Shown here piece after piece: positions 27,486 through 40,948 of a stretch of DNA of 64,000 nt. The translations under genes and the position numbers were made by a program. The notes under the pieces are model-generated. The model saw nothing but the letters and a program-made list of their open reading frames with translations. It was not told the origin of the DNA and did no database searches. Source of the stretch: Octopus sinensis (Eukaryota); assembly GCF_006345805.1 (NCBI RefSeq), contig NC_042997.1, positions 197,098,001 to 197,162,000 on the forward strand, read 5' to 3'. Numbering within the stretch: position 1 is the first letter of the stretch; the number at the start of each line of letters is the position of its first letter.

Positions 27486-27546
27486 GTTAAAACTCTGAGT
27501 TTCAGATGCCGAAGTGGAAATTCACAACACCATCTCTTCGGTTATC
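27486..27546 (-). ncRNA. Type I hammerhead-like motif (CCGAAGA core) with an extended stem II; element about 27380-27550
   Basis: Minus: GATAA-CCGAAGA-GATG-(22 nt)-CATC-T-GAAA-CTC-a-GAG-TT-TTAAC. Stem III is identical to that of the 20473-20510 motif. Confidence 0.6.
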
Positions 27547-27552
27547 TGGCCA

Positions 27553-27613
27553 TCTGAACCCGGAACCACGTGGTTGGTAAGCAAGCTACTCACCACACAG
27601 CCACTCCTGCACC
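27553..27613 (-). mobile_element. SINE family A, 5' head fragment
   Basis: CTGAACCCGGAACCACGTGGTTGGTAAGCAAGCTACTCACCACACAGCCACTCCTGCACC. Confidence 0.85.
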
Positions 27614-27803
27614 TATGTATGTATGTATGTATGTATGTGTGTAATAGATATATATATATATATATATAATATATATATATATATAATATATATATATATA
27701 TAAATATTTAAATAATGAGGGAGATAAATTAATATTAATTTTAATATCAATTTAAAACCAGTAGTCCAGCATAAAAAAATCTGAGGAGTCAGAGAAAATT
27801 CTA

Positions 27804-28084
27804 ATATATGTGTATATTGGCAGGGCTTACTGCTAGGGAGTCGGCCATATGCTAGAAATAGACCATCAACGGTCAAACTACAAGGAAATTCTCTAGAGGA
27901 AAATACAGCGAACACCAGAACCAATTTTGGCGGGCATGACAGATGAAAATTATATAAAAAACAGAATTAAATGCATACCTCCGTTTCAGCCTTAACAAGA
28001 GAATTACTTAGCAATCCAAATGTCCGTGCTTCTAGCATTATGGCCGACTCCCTAGCAGTAAGCCCTGCCAATATACACATATAT
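27804..28084. mobile_element. Element with inverted repeats of about 54 bp
   Basis: ATATATGTGTATATTGGCAGGGCTTACTGCTAGGGAGTCGGCCATATGCTAGAA (27804-27857) and its reverse complement with one extra base (28030-28084), enclosing about 170 bp. Confidence 0.8.
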
Positions 28085-28220
28085 ATACTTATCTATATAT
28101 ATATTATATATATATATTATATATATATACTTATATATATATATATACTTATATTATATATATAGATATATACTTATAATATATATATATATATATATAT
28201 ATACTTATATTATATATATA

Positions 28221-28259
<39 letters not shown>

Positions 28260-28853
28260 TTATATATATATATATATACTTATATATATATATACTTATA
28301 TATATATATATATAATATATATATATATATATAATATATATATATTAATATATGCTTGTGTCGTGTGTATGTATGTACTTACAATATATGCGTATGTATA
28401 CAAATAAATACAGCTTCTCAATCACATATGATTAACTTACACTATGCATGTTCGAAAATAGTTCCAAAGCTTCCTTACGTTGTATATAGTAAAATAGATA
28501 ATCACATAATGTGACTTAATCTACATGTTATAAATTAAATTATCATTAATTCCCTAAGAAAATCTGATAAGCTTTTCTTATAAATATTTTAGTTACGTTA
28601 CAGCCATAGAAATACCGTGCAAACAAAAGTGTTGTCCAGAAAATATTCCCTTATGAATATTTCACGGTATTGTCATTAATCTGGTACAACTAAAAGCACA
28701 GGTCTTATCTTATACGAAATCAGTAAATGAGTGGAAAAGAGCAAAATTGAATTGGAAATATGAAGTTTTTGCCGCTCTTTCTGAAATATTAAACTTGCGC
28801 ATTTAATCATTCTCTGACTAGTAAATGATTTTACACTTAACTAACAGAAGTAT

Positions 28854-29124
28854 TTCGCTTTTGGGATTTGGTTTGCAAAATTCTTTATATGAGTTCGTGC
28901 GTTGAAGCATATTCTGCTGTGTCTGGGGAGAGTCATTCTCTTTTTGTGCCTTATAATATAACACACACACACAATAGTTTTAACTCTCAAAACTATTGAA
29001 AAGGTTGCAAGACGCAACGAAAATTTTAGGAAAATAGAAATAAGAAAAAAGTGGAAATTTTACCGGTGAGTGTAATATATAATAAGGCACAAAAAGAAAA
29101 TGACTCTCCCCAGACATAACAGAA
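28854..29124. mobile_element. Palindromic non-autonomous element with a degenerate hammerhead (family also at 43606-43870)
   Basis: Inverted arms at 28912-28954 and 29082-29124. Motif CTA-TTGAAAA-G-GTTGC-aagac-GCAAC-GAAA-A-T-T-T-TAG at 28993-29029. Direct repeat TAACAGAAGTAT at 28842-28853 and 29117-29128. Confidence 0.7.
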
Positions 29125-29755
29125 GTATATTTGAGTTTATAAATTTAGATGAAATTCTTTATATATCGAAGGTGTTGATGAAGAGTAAGCTCAGATTTTC
29201 TTGAGAATATGTGAAATTAATATTAAAATCGTGCATTTGAATTTTTGATAAATTGTTAAGAAATTTTAGTTTTGCTATAATGTTAAATCTTTACTGTAAC
29301 ATAAAAGTCTCCTTATTGCTCAACTGAATGGATTGAATTTGTATATATGAAATGTAACCATGTTTCAATTTTAATAAGCAGTTTTATAAACAATAATTTA
29401 TTGAAAGAAACATTGAAATAGACATGTGCTTATAATTAATGTAAATATATCGAGAATGGAAAACATACTGTGTTATTAATTCGGAGATAATATATCTATC
29501 GGACATATTTTTAAATACAACACGTCCATAAGAAATGTTATATCGTGACGAATACTTCTGTAAATTTGCCTTTCACGATGTATTTACTTAAACTATGAGA
29601 CATGATTGTTTTTTTTTAATCTGCTACTGCTTCTGTTTCAAGCAACAGGTTTTTGTTTATTAGGGTGACGACTCACAAAACAGTGATTGATTATACACTC
29701 TTTATTGGTGAAAAAAAAATTTGAATAAAGAACGCTGTATATTGGTGATAGTTCA

Positions 29756-30058
29756 GGCACGTAGCTTTGTGGTTAGGGTATTCGGCCGGTGGGCGTAAGG
29801 TCGTGAGTTCAAATCCGTGCGGCGCCTTGTGCTCTTGAGCAAGACATTTTATTTCACGTTCCTCCTCTCCTTGCGGTTGGCCAATAGGAATTGTACCAGT
29901 AAATTAAAGGGCCAGCCTTGTCACATTGTGTTTCATGTTGAAACTGCCTGAGAAATACGTTATAGGTAGGGGTGTTTGTGGAGTGCGCAGCTACTTGAAC
30001 ATTAATTTCATGAGCAGGCTGCTCGGTTGATCGGATCAACTGGAAATATCAACGTCGT
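29756..30058 (+). mobile_element. SINE family D (tRNA-like head, CORE-like middle, distinct tail)
   Basis: GTAGCTTTGTGGTTAGG...GAGTTCAAATCC (A/B boxes), CORE-like CTTGAGCAAGACATTTT and tail AAAGGGCCAGCCTTGTCAC...GTTGATCGGATCAACTGGAA. Confidence 0.75.
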
Positions 30059-30252
30059 ACTGGTGATGCAAATTTCATCTAAGCGTGCGCCTGGTTGTGA
30101 GTACACGCTATTGACAGACTGCAACTAGAGAGAAATGCAGTTATCGTTCTCAATAGCCGCTGCTAGGAGGATTTTATATACAGCACATCCATTAGGGATG
30201 GTATCTCCAAAGGAATGCCGTAGTACATTTTGCCTTTAGCGGTGTACGTAAG

Positions 30253-30288
<36 letters not shown>

Positions 30289-30639
30289 CTAATTTGTCAA
30301 AGTTACTTTTATCTGTATTTAATTAAAGCTATATTTAATGATTTAATTTATATTATGATGATGAATTTAATTATAATGAATTTGGGATGGCTGAAAATAT
30401 TTTTACTTTGTCTTCTAATTACCCATGATCAATAAAATAAGCCTCCCAAATGCAGTAACGGATGTAAGCAATTGTCTAATCCCTCGGAATTCCTGACCTT
30501 AATTGAAAAAGTGGTGGTGGTCACGGAAGTGATTTTAAATACAGAGATTAAATTAGTAATACTTCGTAGCATCAAACGCACTATAAAAACACGTAAGTGT
30601 CACGCCTCAATTAGAACACCCATACTACTATCTTTTATT

Positions 30640-31030
30640 TTGTATTCGTTTTAGTCATTAAAATACGGCCATGCTGGGGCACCGCCTTGAAGAATTTTAG
30701 CTGAACGAGTCGACACCCTTATCTTAATTTTAAGCCCGGCATTTATTCTAGCAGGTTCGTTTGCTGAACTGCTAAGTTATGGGGCGAAAAACACCAAAAC
30801 ACAAACACATATAGACACACATACACCTATAAACACATTCACGCCCACATACAAACACATTTAGATGATAGGTTTCCATGTAGTTGCCATCTAACAAATT
30901 CGCTCAAAAGATATAGGTTGTGGTGAGATTTTGGTTTTGTGGCTATTGTAAAAGACGCTCGCCCAAGGTGCCGCGCAACGAGATCCATGCCAGAACCACG
31001 TTGTTGTAAAGCGTTCTTCGTAACCGCCCA
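30640..31030 (-). mobile_element. SINE family A, old diverged copy
   Basis: CGGCCATGCTGGGGCACCGCC tail, GAACTGCTAAGTTATGGGG and GCCCAAGGTGCCGCGCA core. Confidence 0.75.
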
Positions 31031-32219
31031 GCATTACATGTATCATCTAGGTTTTGAAGCCACTTACAGTAATGTCAAATATTTGAATGGTGTGATGCAA
31101 AAATATCCATCGAATTATGTTATGTAATCCTGTGTCCTAACTAGAACGTCACCGAACTCTATGAAATGGTTCATCTGCAGACATCCAGGCTGCATTTTAC
31201 TCTGTACTCTATATATAAGGATCAAAATATAGCGAGCCAGGTAAGAAAACTTTATGTTTATTGTCAGACAATCTAGATTCAATACGTGTGTCATTGGCCA
31301 ATGTAAACTGCAGAGGAAGACGAACGAAGATCCCAGGCGCATTTATTCTGTATAGCGTACAGACGCAAGCTTGTCACTCTCATTGTCAGAAAAGCAATGA
31401 ACCGGTTGGAAACCTGTAATCAACGGCGTTATTTTGAACAATAAACGGTATAAATTGAAACTGAAAAAACAAAACGACAATACATACCGCTAACTCCGAA
31501 CTTATTCAATAAATTATTAAATGGATAACAGATAACTTGAATTCGACACGTAAATTCTTTCGAGGGCACTCAGTTGTATATAAACGCTATAACATATTAC
31601 GTTTGAGCGCTTTTGGGCTTGGATAAAATAGAGATAAATTGGTATTTAAAGATTTTATATTATGCGACAAAATTTGGCGAACTAAAGCAAATTATCTCTA
31701 AAAATTATATTATGTCAGGATTAAGAAATATATTTTCTTCTCAAATTAATATGAATATAGTTGAAGTAATATTTTCAAATTGAGGGACATAGCAATGAAC
31801 AGGAAATGCGTTACGAAAAATAATACTAGCAGAAATAAATGTTATTATAAGTTGAGCGTGTTTACTTGGAGACTTAACAGTTGAAAAGGAGCCCGTACAA
31901 GTGAAGCGATATGACAGTAATGGAAACACAGAACCTGAACAAAATTCTGTCTACACTTACAAATTAAGAGAAATTATAATTCATATTATAAATGTAATAT
32001 ATATATATATATATATATAATATATATTATATATGTGTGTGTGTGTGTGTGTGTATATATGCATGCATACGTATATAGAAATATATATATACTTATGCAT
32101 AGATACATATATATAATATATATATACGTATATACACACACATAATATATGTACATATATATGCACACACACACATACGCACACACATATGCACACCACA
32201 CACACACCCACACACACAC

Positions 32220-32261
<42 letters not shown>

Positions 32262-33183
32262 CACATATATGCATATATATCATATATAATATATATATAT
32301 ATATATATTATACATATATATAAGTATCTTTATATATATATATACATACATATTATATATGTATTGTCCATATATATATATATATATATATACAACCCCT
32401 ATATTATGTCTATATATACACATATATACATACACACACACACATATATATATATGAAAGCACATGTATGTATGATTAATTTATTTAAGTTCTTAATGGA
32501 GATGAAACTGGTCGATAACATAGCGACCGGACTTTTTGCGTAAAGAGAGTTTACTACAGTTTGTGAATATGTGCTTGAATGAACGTGTAGATGCATGTGT
32601 GTTACGTGTTACCTTATCTTCTGAATAAAGTTGCCTCTTTAGTGTTTGTGTGTGTATTCTTTAGCTTTTACCTTTTACATATTTGCATTTTTTCTTATCT
32701 ACACATAACCGCCTGTGTGTGTATATATTCCTTTAAAAAATCGCAGATAAAGATTCTATGAAATGTTTTACAAATTTTCACTAAGTCACTAATATACTGG
32801 ATTTGCAGATGGTGTATCAGTTTCTTTTGCTATTTCTCATAATAAATGTCGTAAAAATTCCTGTCGAGAGGCCGTGACATATGTGTGTTAAATATGTTGC
32901 ACTGATAAAGTATACATAACTGCTTGTATTGCATAATTCCAATTTATTCTATTTTGCCGACGCTATAGTTAATCAAGTAAAATGCATACACTGTCAGTAT
33001 GTAATTCGGACTAGAGATTCCAGTTCCTTTTCAAAAGTGATGCGGGAGTGCAGCATTGATGAAACGCAATCACGACGAAATACGCTATCAGCCTCTTTCA
33101 TGAATTTATATGCATATATATATATATATATAGTAGCTACTAAACCCTTTTTTAATTTTCTCTCCCTGTTTATTTCTGTGTTC

Positions 33184-33219
33184 CTTTCTGCCGAAGAGCG
33201 TAGGCTCGAAACATAAAAG
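33184..33219 (+). ncRNA. Minimal hammerhead-like motif (mutated core) in element 33130-33308
   Basis: CTTT-CTGCCGA-A-GAGC-gtag-GCTC-GAAA-C-A-T-A-AAAG. Stem I CTTT/AAAG and stem II GAGC/GCTC; A6->C and G16.2->A relative to consensus. The element lies between (TA)n tracts. Confidence 0.6.
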
Positions 33220-33306
33220 ACTTTCTCACTTCCCAAGCGTTAAGCTAATTCATCTCTTTGTTGTTCACATACCCGTCTTCGTCTTTTGTGTTTTTTTGTA
33301 AATTCT

Positions 33307-33364
<58 letters not shown>

Positions 33365-34402
33365 GTGGTGTGTGTGTGTGGGTGTGTGTGTGTGGTGGTG
33401 TGTGGTTGAGTGTGTGTCTGTGTAAATAAGTAACGGTGGCCATCCATTCGACGGGAAAGTTATTGACGGCCGTGCCCCAGCAGTTGAATAACTGAAACAA
33501 GTAAAAATAGAGCATATCCACACTCTCACAAATAAACATGTATACACGCACTTCTATGAGAAGAGTGAACGGCTCAAAATTCAGTATAAGTTCTCGTTGA
33601 AAGCTACCATATTGACTCTTATGGAAGGCGCGGAATGAATTTATTGCGTGGAATATCTCGGGGGATTATAAAACACGATGAATGTTCTGTGAAATAAAAT
33701 CAGAGGGGGAACTGTAGTGCTTTTTGGCTTCCATTAAAAGAGTCATTAACGAAAATAGTTCATCCATTCTCGTTTGGTATGGTATACGGGTATGAATACT
33801 CACGCGTGCACACATATGTAAACACATAAAAATACATGTACCGCATGCAAAAAGTGTTGTCACATATACACTCACGTATGTTCATACATGAACACACTAA
33901 TAGAGACACACACGAACATACACACACGCGTACGATCATATATATGCAATGGGTGTGTGTGCGTGTTTATATATATATATATATATATATTATGCTTACG
34001 TTTCTTCACACATTAAGCATTTCTGGGATGTGGTTGAGTCAGAAGATATTTGCTAGTGTGTGAAAGAATGTGTGAGTATATGTACATATATGTCTATGTA
34101 TGTTTGCATGTGCATGTATCTGGGGAAGTAGGTAGGTTGGTGGATTTGGTGATGCATACAGGAAAATAGAATTCAAAACAAGTGTATATACATTTTATAT
34201 TAATAATTGGCAGAAGTTAATGAGTGACGGAAGAGCCAAGTGTCACAAACCATATGTATGTCTGAATGTTTTATGTATCGATATATGTTTGAATCTCATT
34301 AATCAGTTCCTTTCACGATTTCTTGCCAGTCGAGAGAAACATTTTCTAACCTAGATCCAAGGTTCTTTTAGTAAAATTTCAACATCAAGAACAGCGTATT
34401 TT

Positions 34403-34470
34403 TGTATGTATGTATGTATGTATGTATGTATGTATGTATGTATGTATGTATGTATGTATGTATGTATGTA
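34403..34470. repeat. (TATG)n microsatellite
   Basis: Perfect tetranucleotide run. A reverse-complement run lies at 40577-40640. Confidence 0.95.
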
Positions 34471-34875
34471 TATATGCATATATGTATGTAGTTACAGAAT
34501 TGTATGTTTTATGTATGTATTCGCATGCATATAGTTACATATCTAGACATGCTCATATATATATATTTAAATGATAAACCTCTTGAAAGTTTTAGAGATT
34601 TTTACAGTTCCAGTGATAGATTCAATCTGTAGTCTTCGAATTAGCTTTCTTCTTTCTGGTTTTTAGAAGCGTAATTTCACAAGATTGGTATTTAGGCAGT
34701 GTTTTAATGTATGTATATATATATATATATGTATGTATGTTTGTATATATATATATGTGTTTGTGTATATATGTATGTATGTGTGTATATATGTACAGAT
34801 ATAAATATATATGTGCATATATATATGTATGTAAATATGCATATATATATTGTATATATATGATATAAAGGTATG

Positions 34876-34906
<31 letters not shown>

Positions 34907-35655
34907 GCATATATATACATGTATTCATGTATTATATACATATATTCATATATAAGTATACATATATTTACATATATACATATGTATATATAATTACAAA
35001 CATATATATATATATATATATATATATTTTACATACATATATATATTTAAACACCCACATACATGCGTATATATAGATGTATGTATATGCATATTAATAT
35101 ATACGTATATCAAATGTAGATAAGGAAGCCAAAGAAAAAGAAGAATCAGTATGTCTACCCGAATAATAGCTCATATGTGTAAACCTCAGCGAATGCCGTC
35201 AGTCTATATGAAAATTAAATCGATAAAACTCCTATCACGATATAACCCAGTTTCACATTACCTGCTAATATGCTTTTAGTGTATCAAATATGTAATATGC
35301 AGTATTTCTTCCCGACTAAGAGTTTCTTATCTAAATCTAATGTATTCTCTTCTTTAGACAGAAAGATAGACAGGTAGACAGATAGAGAGTAAGAGGAAGA
35401 AACTGCTAAATAAATACAAAAGCAAAAATAAAAAAAAGAAAACGGAGGAAAATGGCCACAAAGAAACGGGATAATTTCGTTAGCAAAATTTTTATTTTGA
35501 TGGTCAGAGAAAAGGAAAAGAGTAATTATAGAGTTTTAGAGATTGTTTGTCCGTCTTTGGAATGTTGTGTAGAGAGAAAGAAGGCAGGCAATTGTGTATG
35601 TGCCTCTGTGTGTGTATATATATACACACAACACACAATATATATATATATATAT

Positions 35656-35686
<31 letters not shown>

Positions 35687-35708
35687 ATATATATATATAT
35701 TTCTTTTA

Positions 35709-36107
35709 CCTCTTTTACTTGTTTTAGTCATTTGACTGCGGCCATGCTGGAGCACCGCCTTTAATCGAGCAACTCGACCCCGGGACTTATTCTTTTAAGC
35801 CCCAGTACTTATTCTATCGGACTATTTTGCCGAACCGCTAAGTACGGGGACGTGTAAACACACCAGCATCGGTTATCAAGCAATGTTAGGGGACAAACAC
35901 AGACATACACACACCCACAACACACACATATATATACATATATACGACAGGCTTCTTTCAGTTTCCGTCTACCAAATCCACTCACAAGGCATTAGTCGGC
36001 CCGGGGCTATAGCAGAAGACACTTGCTCAGGATGCCACGCAGTGGGACTGAACCCGGAACCATGTGGTTGGTTAGCAAGCTACTTACGACACAGCCACTC
36101 CTGCGCC
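35709..36107 (-). mobile_element. SINE family A, full length
   Basis: Reverse-complement copy of 13390-13846, from CTCTTTTACTTGTTTTAGTCATTTGACTGCGGCC to CACAGCCACTCCTGCGCC. Confidence 0.9.
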
Positions 36108-36130
36108 TATATATATATATATATATATAT

Positions 36131-36282
36131 TTAAAATCAGCAGAAAATGGAGAAAACTTTTGATCAACAAAGAAATTGATTACCATCGGTTAAATATTTT
36201 TTAATACAAAACATGAACATTGCTTACAGCCGTTTCTGCTGCCGATGTCAGTCGGTGCCGCCACATTTTCTGCTCATTTTAA
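36131..36282. mobile_element. Short element with inverted ends of about 19 bp and a half-hammerhead
   Basis: TTAAAATCAGCAGAAAATG / CATTTTCTGCTCATTTTAA. Minus strand GAAACGGCTGTAAGC at about 36222-36236. Confidence 0.45.
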
Positions 36283-36536
36283 GATTGATTTCTGATAAAC
36301 TCTTATCTATTCTGTAATTACCTGTATCCTATGTGCATAGTACGCTTGCATATCTAAGCCCGGTGTTAACATATGTATTATATACCGGTAGTAATAACGG
36401 GCATTCTTATCACTTAGACGGTTTTTCCCACCGCTAACTATTATATATTATCTATATATATACATATATATATATATATATAGATATATATATATATATA
36501 TATATTTGTGTGTGTGTATGCAGTCTTCTATTTCTA

Positions 36537-36685
36537 TTCTTTTACTTGTTTCATATTTGACGGCGGTCATGCTGGAGTTAAGCCTGAAAATCGAATACAT
36601 CGATCTCTTGACTTATTCTTTGTAAGAGTAGTATCGATGTTGGTGTGTTCAGGGGGACGTAAACACACCAACATCAGTTGCCAAC

Positions 36686-36722
<37 letters not shown>

Positions 36723-36890
36723 CATACATATTTATATACGACGGTCTTCTTTCAATTTCCATCTACCAAATCCACTCACAAGGCTTTTGTCGGCCTGAGG
36801 ATATAGTAGAAGTCAGTTGCCCAAGGTGCCACGCAGTGGGACTGACCTCGGGACCATGTGGTGGGAAGCAAGCTTTTTATCACACAGCCA
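36537..36890 (-). mobile_element. SINE family A, diverged
   Basis: CTACCAAATCCACTCACAAGGCTTT and GCCCAAGGTGCCACGCAGTGGGACTGA, with internal (TA)n. Confidence 0.85.
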
Positions 36891-36898
36891 TAATATAT

Positions 36899-36950
<52 letters not shown>

Positions 36951-38044
36951 GTGTATGTATGTATGTATGTATGTATGTATATCACATAAGAATTTTGCAA
37001 AAAATTTGGTTGATAGCCTGTAAGATATGAAAAAGCAACTGGGAAAGCAATACTTATTGCCACGATCGGTGGCACCAAATAAAGAAACGATGGAGTATTT
37101 TTGAAGTAATAATAATTTTTTTAATGCTGAACCTCATCGAGCTGCTCGAAAACATAACGCTTGCAGACTGAATGGGAGGATATTCATTTGCAACATCTAC
37201 AGACACGTATGCCCATGAAAAGCTGGATTCGTCAGATAACACAATTGTAAAGTATAGTTTTACCTCTATTCACAATTTTCTTAATGTTCAGTGATGGTCT
37301 TCCTCAGCCAAAAGTGGACAGCCACCACATATATTTATATCTGCTTATTGCATAGTCATGGTTGTATGAGCACGAACCACAAAAGCACGTGCCTCGAGTT
37401 TAGCCACACTGCGTAGCAAGTAGCGCATCCTCCCCCGCTTTACGTGACTAATGCTCTTTGAGTGAACTTATTTATTTCATGCGCATACATGTGTTTGTGC
37501 TTGTGGATTTAGTGGTGTTCATGCTTGTGTAGATGTGTTTGAGAGTTTGTTCGAAGATCTGTGACTGTTCTTTGTTGCAATGTTTGACATCCGTTCTGCG
37601 TAAGCTAGTAGCCCCGCCTAACGGTAACGGTAGCACAAGAATGGAACTTCTCAATAAATAGTAGAATCGATTTCAAGAACTAATCTTTCTTGGGCAGTAC
37701 CACAACATTTCCACAATCCATCTGAAACAAGTTAAAATAGATGGAACACACATACACACACATATATATATATATGAGTGTGTGTGTGTTTGCACTACCA
37801 TATTCAGAATACATACATATATATACATATACATATATATATAAACACTCCTAGCGCTATATGAACATTTAAGGTGGTTATAGGGTTAGGGTTTTGACTG
37901 CTATTTCAACATGGTGGTATCTCTCCATACCCTAATTTACAGTTTTAAATAATTATTACCTTTGTATGGTATTTATTTCCATGCTGGCCACTTGATAAGA
38001 TTGATATTTAAATATCGATATTATCCTTATATATATATATGTAA

Positions 38045-38268
38045 TTCTTTACTACCCACAAGGGGCTAAACAGAGAGGGGACAAACAAGGACAGACAAAG
38101 GGATTAAGTTGATTACATCGACCCCAGTGCGTAACTGGTACTTAATTTATCGACCCCGAAAGGATGAAAGGCAAAGTCGACCTCGGCGGAATTTGAACTC
38201 ACAACGTAACGACAGACGAAATACCGCTAGCATTTCGCTCGGCGCGCTAACGTTTCTGCCAGCTCGCC
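38045..38268 (-). mobile_element. SINE family B, near full length
   Basis: Minus strand GGCGAGCTGGCAGAAACGTTAGCGCGCCGAGCGAAATGCT...GAGTTCAAATTCCGCCGAGGTCGACTTTGCCTTTCATCCTTTCGGGGTCGATAAATTAAGTACCAG...TTTAGCCCCTTGTGGGTAGTAAAGAAT. Confidence 0.9.
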
Positions 38269-38294
38269 TTATATATATTATATATATATATAAT

Positions 38295-38326
<32 letters not shown>

Positions 38327-38450
38327 ATATATATGTATGGTATGTATGTATAGTGTATGTATGTATCGCTTCAGTGTTGAAACACCCCATGATTGGATTC
38401 AATCTTATATGAGTTTCTCCATTCCCTTTTGTGAGAGCGCATAAATGTAT

Positions 38451-38507
<57 letters not shown>

Positions 38508-39041
38508 CACTGGCCCTTCGCAATGTAATCATTTAAGACAGTTCGACACCGAACCATACACTTGCTTTAATTTAGTAACAAAACTCCGCATATTCCTAAA
38601 TAGTTCATTCAATAATACGAGGTGGTTCACGTCAGCAGATTAATATCAATCCCGTACGCATTATTGATCGATGCAGATAAAAACAATCACTTGAGAAGAA
38701 TGCACAGACATGCTGAAAGAAAGATGAAGGAACATCACACAATCTTGAAGCATGTGTAATATTGATTCTCCGTAATAGACGAGCTCCACCCACACACACA
38801 CTCCTGCCCACACCCACAGCCAACCGCAAAATTGAATTCTTTTGCCTATAATAGAAAAGACCATATTAGTTGGAGTTCTTCCTGGCTAGAGGATCAATCG
38901 CGGGATGGAAAGCTATCTCAATATTTACGTAATTTTTCTATCCATCCAGTCATGAAAATATGACATTCACACGAACTCAGAATTTACAGGAATTCTTAAA
39001 TTCATTTGTATTTTGTCCTTAAGTATTATATGTGTATATAT

Positions 39042-39106
<65 letters not shown>

Positions 39107-39331
39107 AATTATACAATTTAAGTAGAGATTGTTAACTTAAACAATGCTCCGAGAACGGGCTAGAATTAAGTGCTCTAATTGAGCTAAGTTCCAATTTATG
39201 ATGCCATTTATGATTATATGATTATGTGTGTGTGTGTGTGTGTTTGTAAATTTATATTGTCAATCCAATACAACGCCAGAAGAGCTACTAATAGTGTCAT
39301 GTTTTTATGATTCTTTACATAATCTTTTATA

Positions 39332-39878
39332 GGCGTAGGAGTGGCTGTGTGGTAAGTAGCTTGCTTACCAACCACATAGTTCCACGTTCGGTCCCACTGA
39401 ATGATACCTTGGGCAAGTGTCTTCTACTATAGTCTCGGGCCGACCAAAGCCTTGTGGTTGGATTTGGCAAAAGGAAACTGAAAGCAGCCTGTCGTATATA
39501 TATATATATATATATAATATATATATATATAATATATATATAATATATATATATTAATATATATATCTATATCTATAGAGAGATAGAGAGAGAAGAGACG
39601 AGATAGATAATAGATAGATAGATAGATAGATAGATATAGATAGACAGGTATGTATGTGTTTGTGTGTGTCTGTGTTTGTCACCCCAACATCGCTTACAAC
39701 CGATACTGGTGTGTTTACGTCCCCGTAACTTAACGGTTCGGCAAGAGAAGCGATAAATTATCTACTAGGCTTACAAAGAATTTGTACTAAGCTTACAATG
39801 AATAGTCGATTTGCTCGACTAAAGGCGGCGCTCCTGTACGCCCACAGTCAAATGACTGAAACAATAAATAGTAAAAGG
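39332..39878 (+). mobile_element. SINE family A, full length, with an expanded internal TA/GA/GATA tract
   Basis: Head GGCGTAGGAGTGGCTGTGTGGTAAG and tail CAGTCAAATGACTGAAACAA. Confidence 0.9.
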
Positions 39879-39923
39879 GAGTAATATTGTATATCGATAA
39901 ATTATGCCATGTATATCCAAATA

Positions 39924-39984
<61 letters not shown>

Positions 39985-40611
39985 TATACATATATATATT
40001 TTGCATGTTCGATTGAGTGGATATGTATTATGCATATGTATCCATATATGTTTTGTAATTCCTGCGCTGGCATAATAGCAAATACAAGAATTCATTGACA
40101 AAGAGAACGGTTTGTGTACAACATCTGTGTTGTTGTGTGATACTTTCTAACCTTTCACCTCATTAAATGCAATTACATAATTGCAAGGAGGATTAACGAT
40201 GGTGAGCCACACAGAACCACAAACAGATACATGAAGACGTGCAGCAACAAAACGGGAAAGGAGAGGAGAGAGACAGAGAGAGAGTGAAAAAGATAGGCGG
40301 GAGAGAGAGAGAGATAATATTGTTAAAAAATAGGCTGAATAAAACAAGAAGAAGGGAACTATAAACATTATTAAATAACTATAATTTTGTTAAAGGCTAT
40401 TGAGCTGTTGGCTTCCACAAAGGAACGTTATATTGCGAAGCAAACTGTTTCATCCTCGTAAATAAAACAATTAAAAATCAATTATTTGAATATTAATTGG
40501 GTGTTATTTATATGCTTAATGGGGAAAAATAAACATGGTATTATTAAAACCATCGCACACAGATTGTGGTGTCTCTATACATATACATACATACATACAT
40601 ACATACATACA

Positions 40612-40643
<32 letters not shown>

Positions 40644-40908
40644 GAAGTGCGTTGGTACGTGCGTGTGTCTTTTGTACGTGTATGTATGAATGTATGCGTG
40701 CATGTGCGTTGAGCAATTCGAATTACATGGCTTAAACGGTTGATCGTTCATCACTAACATTTTGAATTAATTGAAGGAATGAGATGAGAAATGTAGATGT
40801 CTCAGATGGTAGAAAGACAGCTAATGATAAAAATACATCTGTCTATCTATCTACCTACCTTCCTACCAACCTACCTGTGTGTGCGAGTGTGTGCGTGTGT
40901 ACATGTGC

Positions 40909-40948
<40 letters not shown>

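Noticed and set aside
37054-37242. ORF with LSDESSF...SVMF (Tc1-like DDE start) or DVANEYPP (cadherin-like)
   Set aside because: Only short motif resemblances, with no further catalytic residues, TIRs or convincing splice sites.
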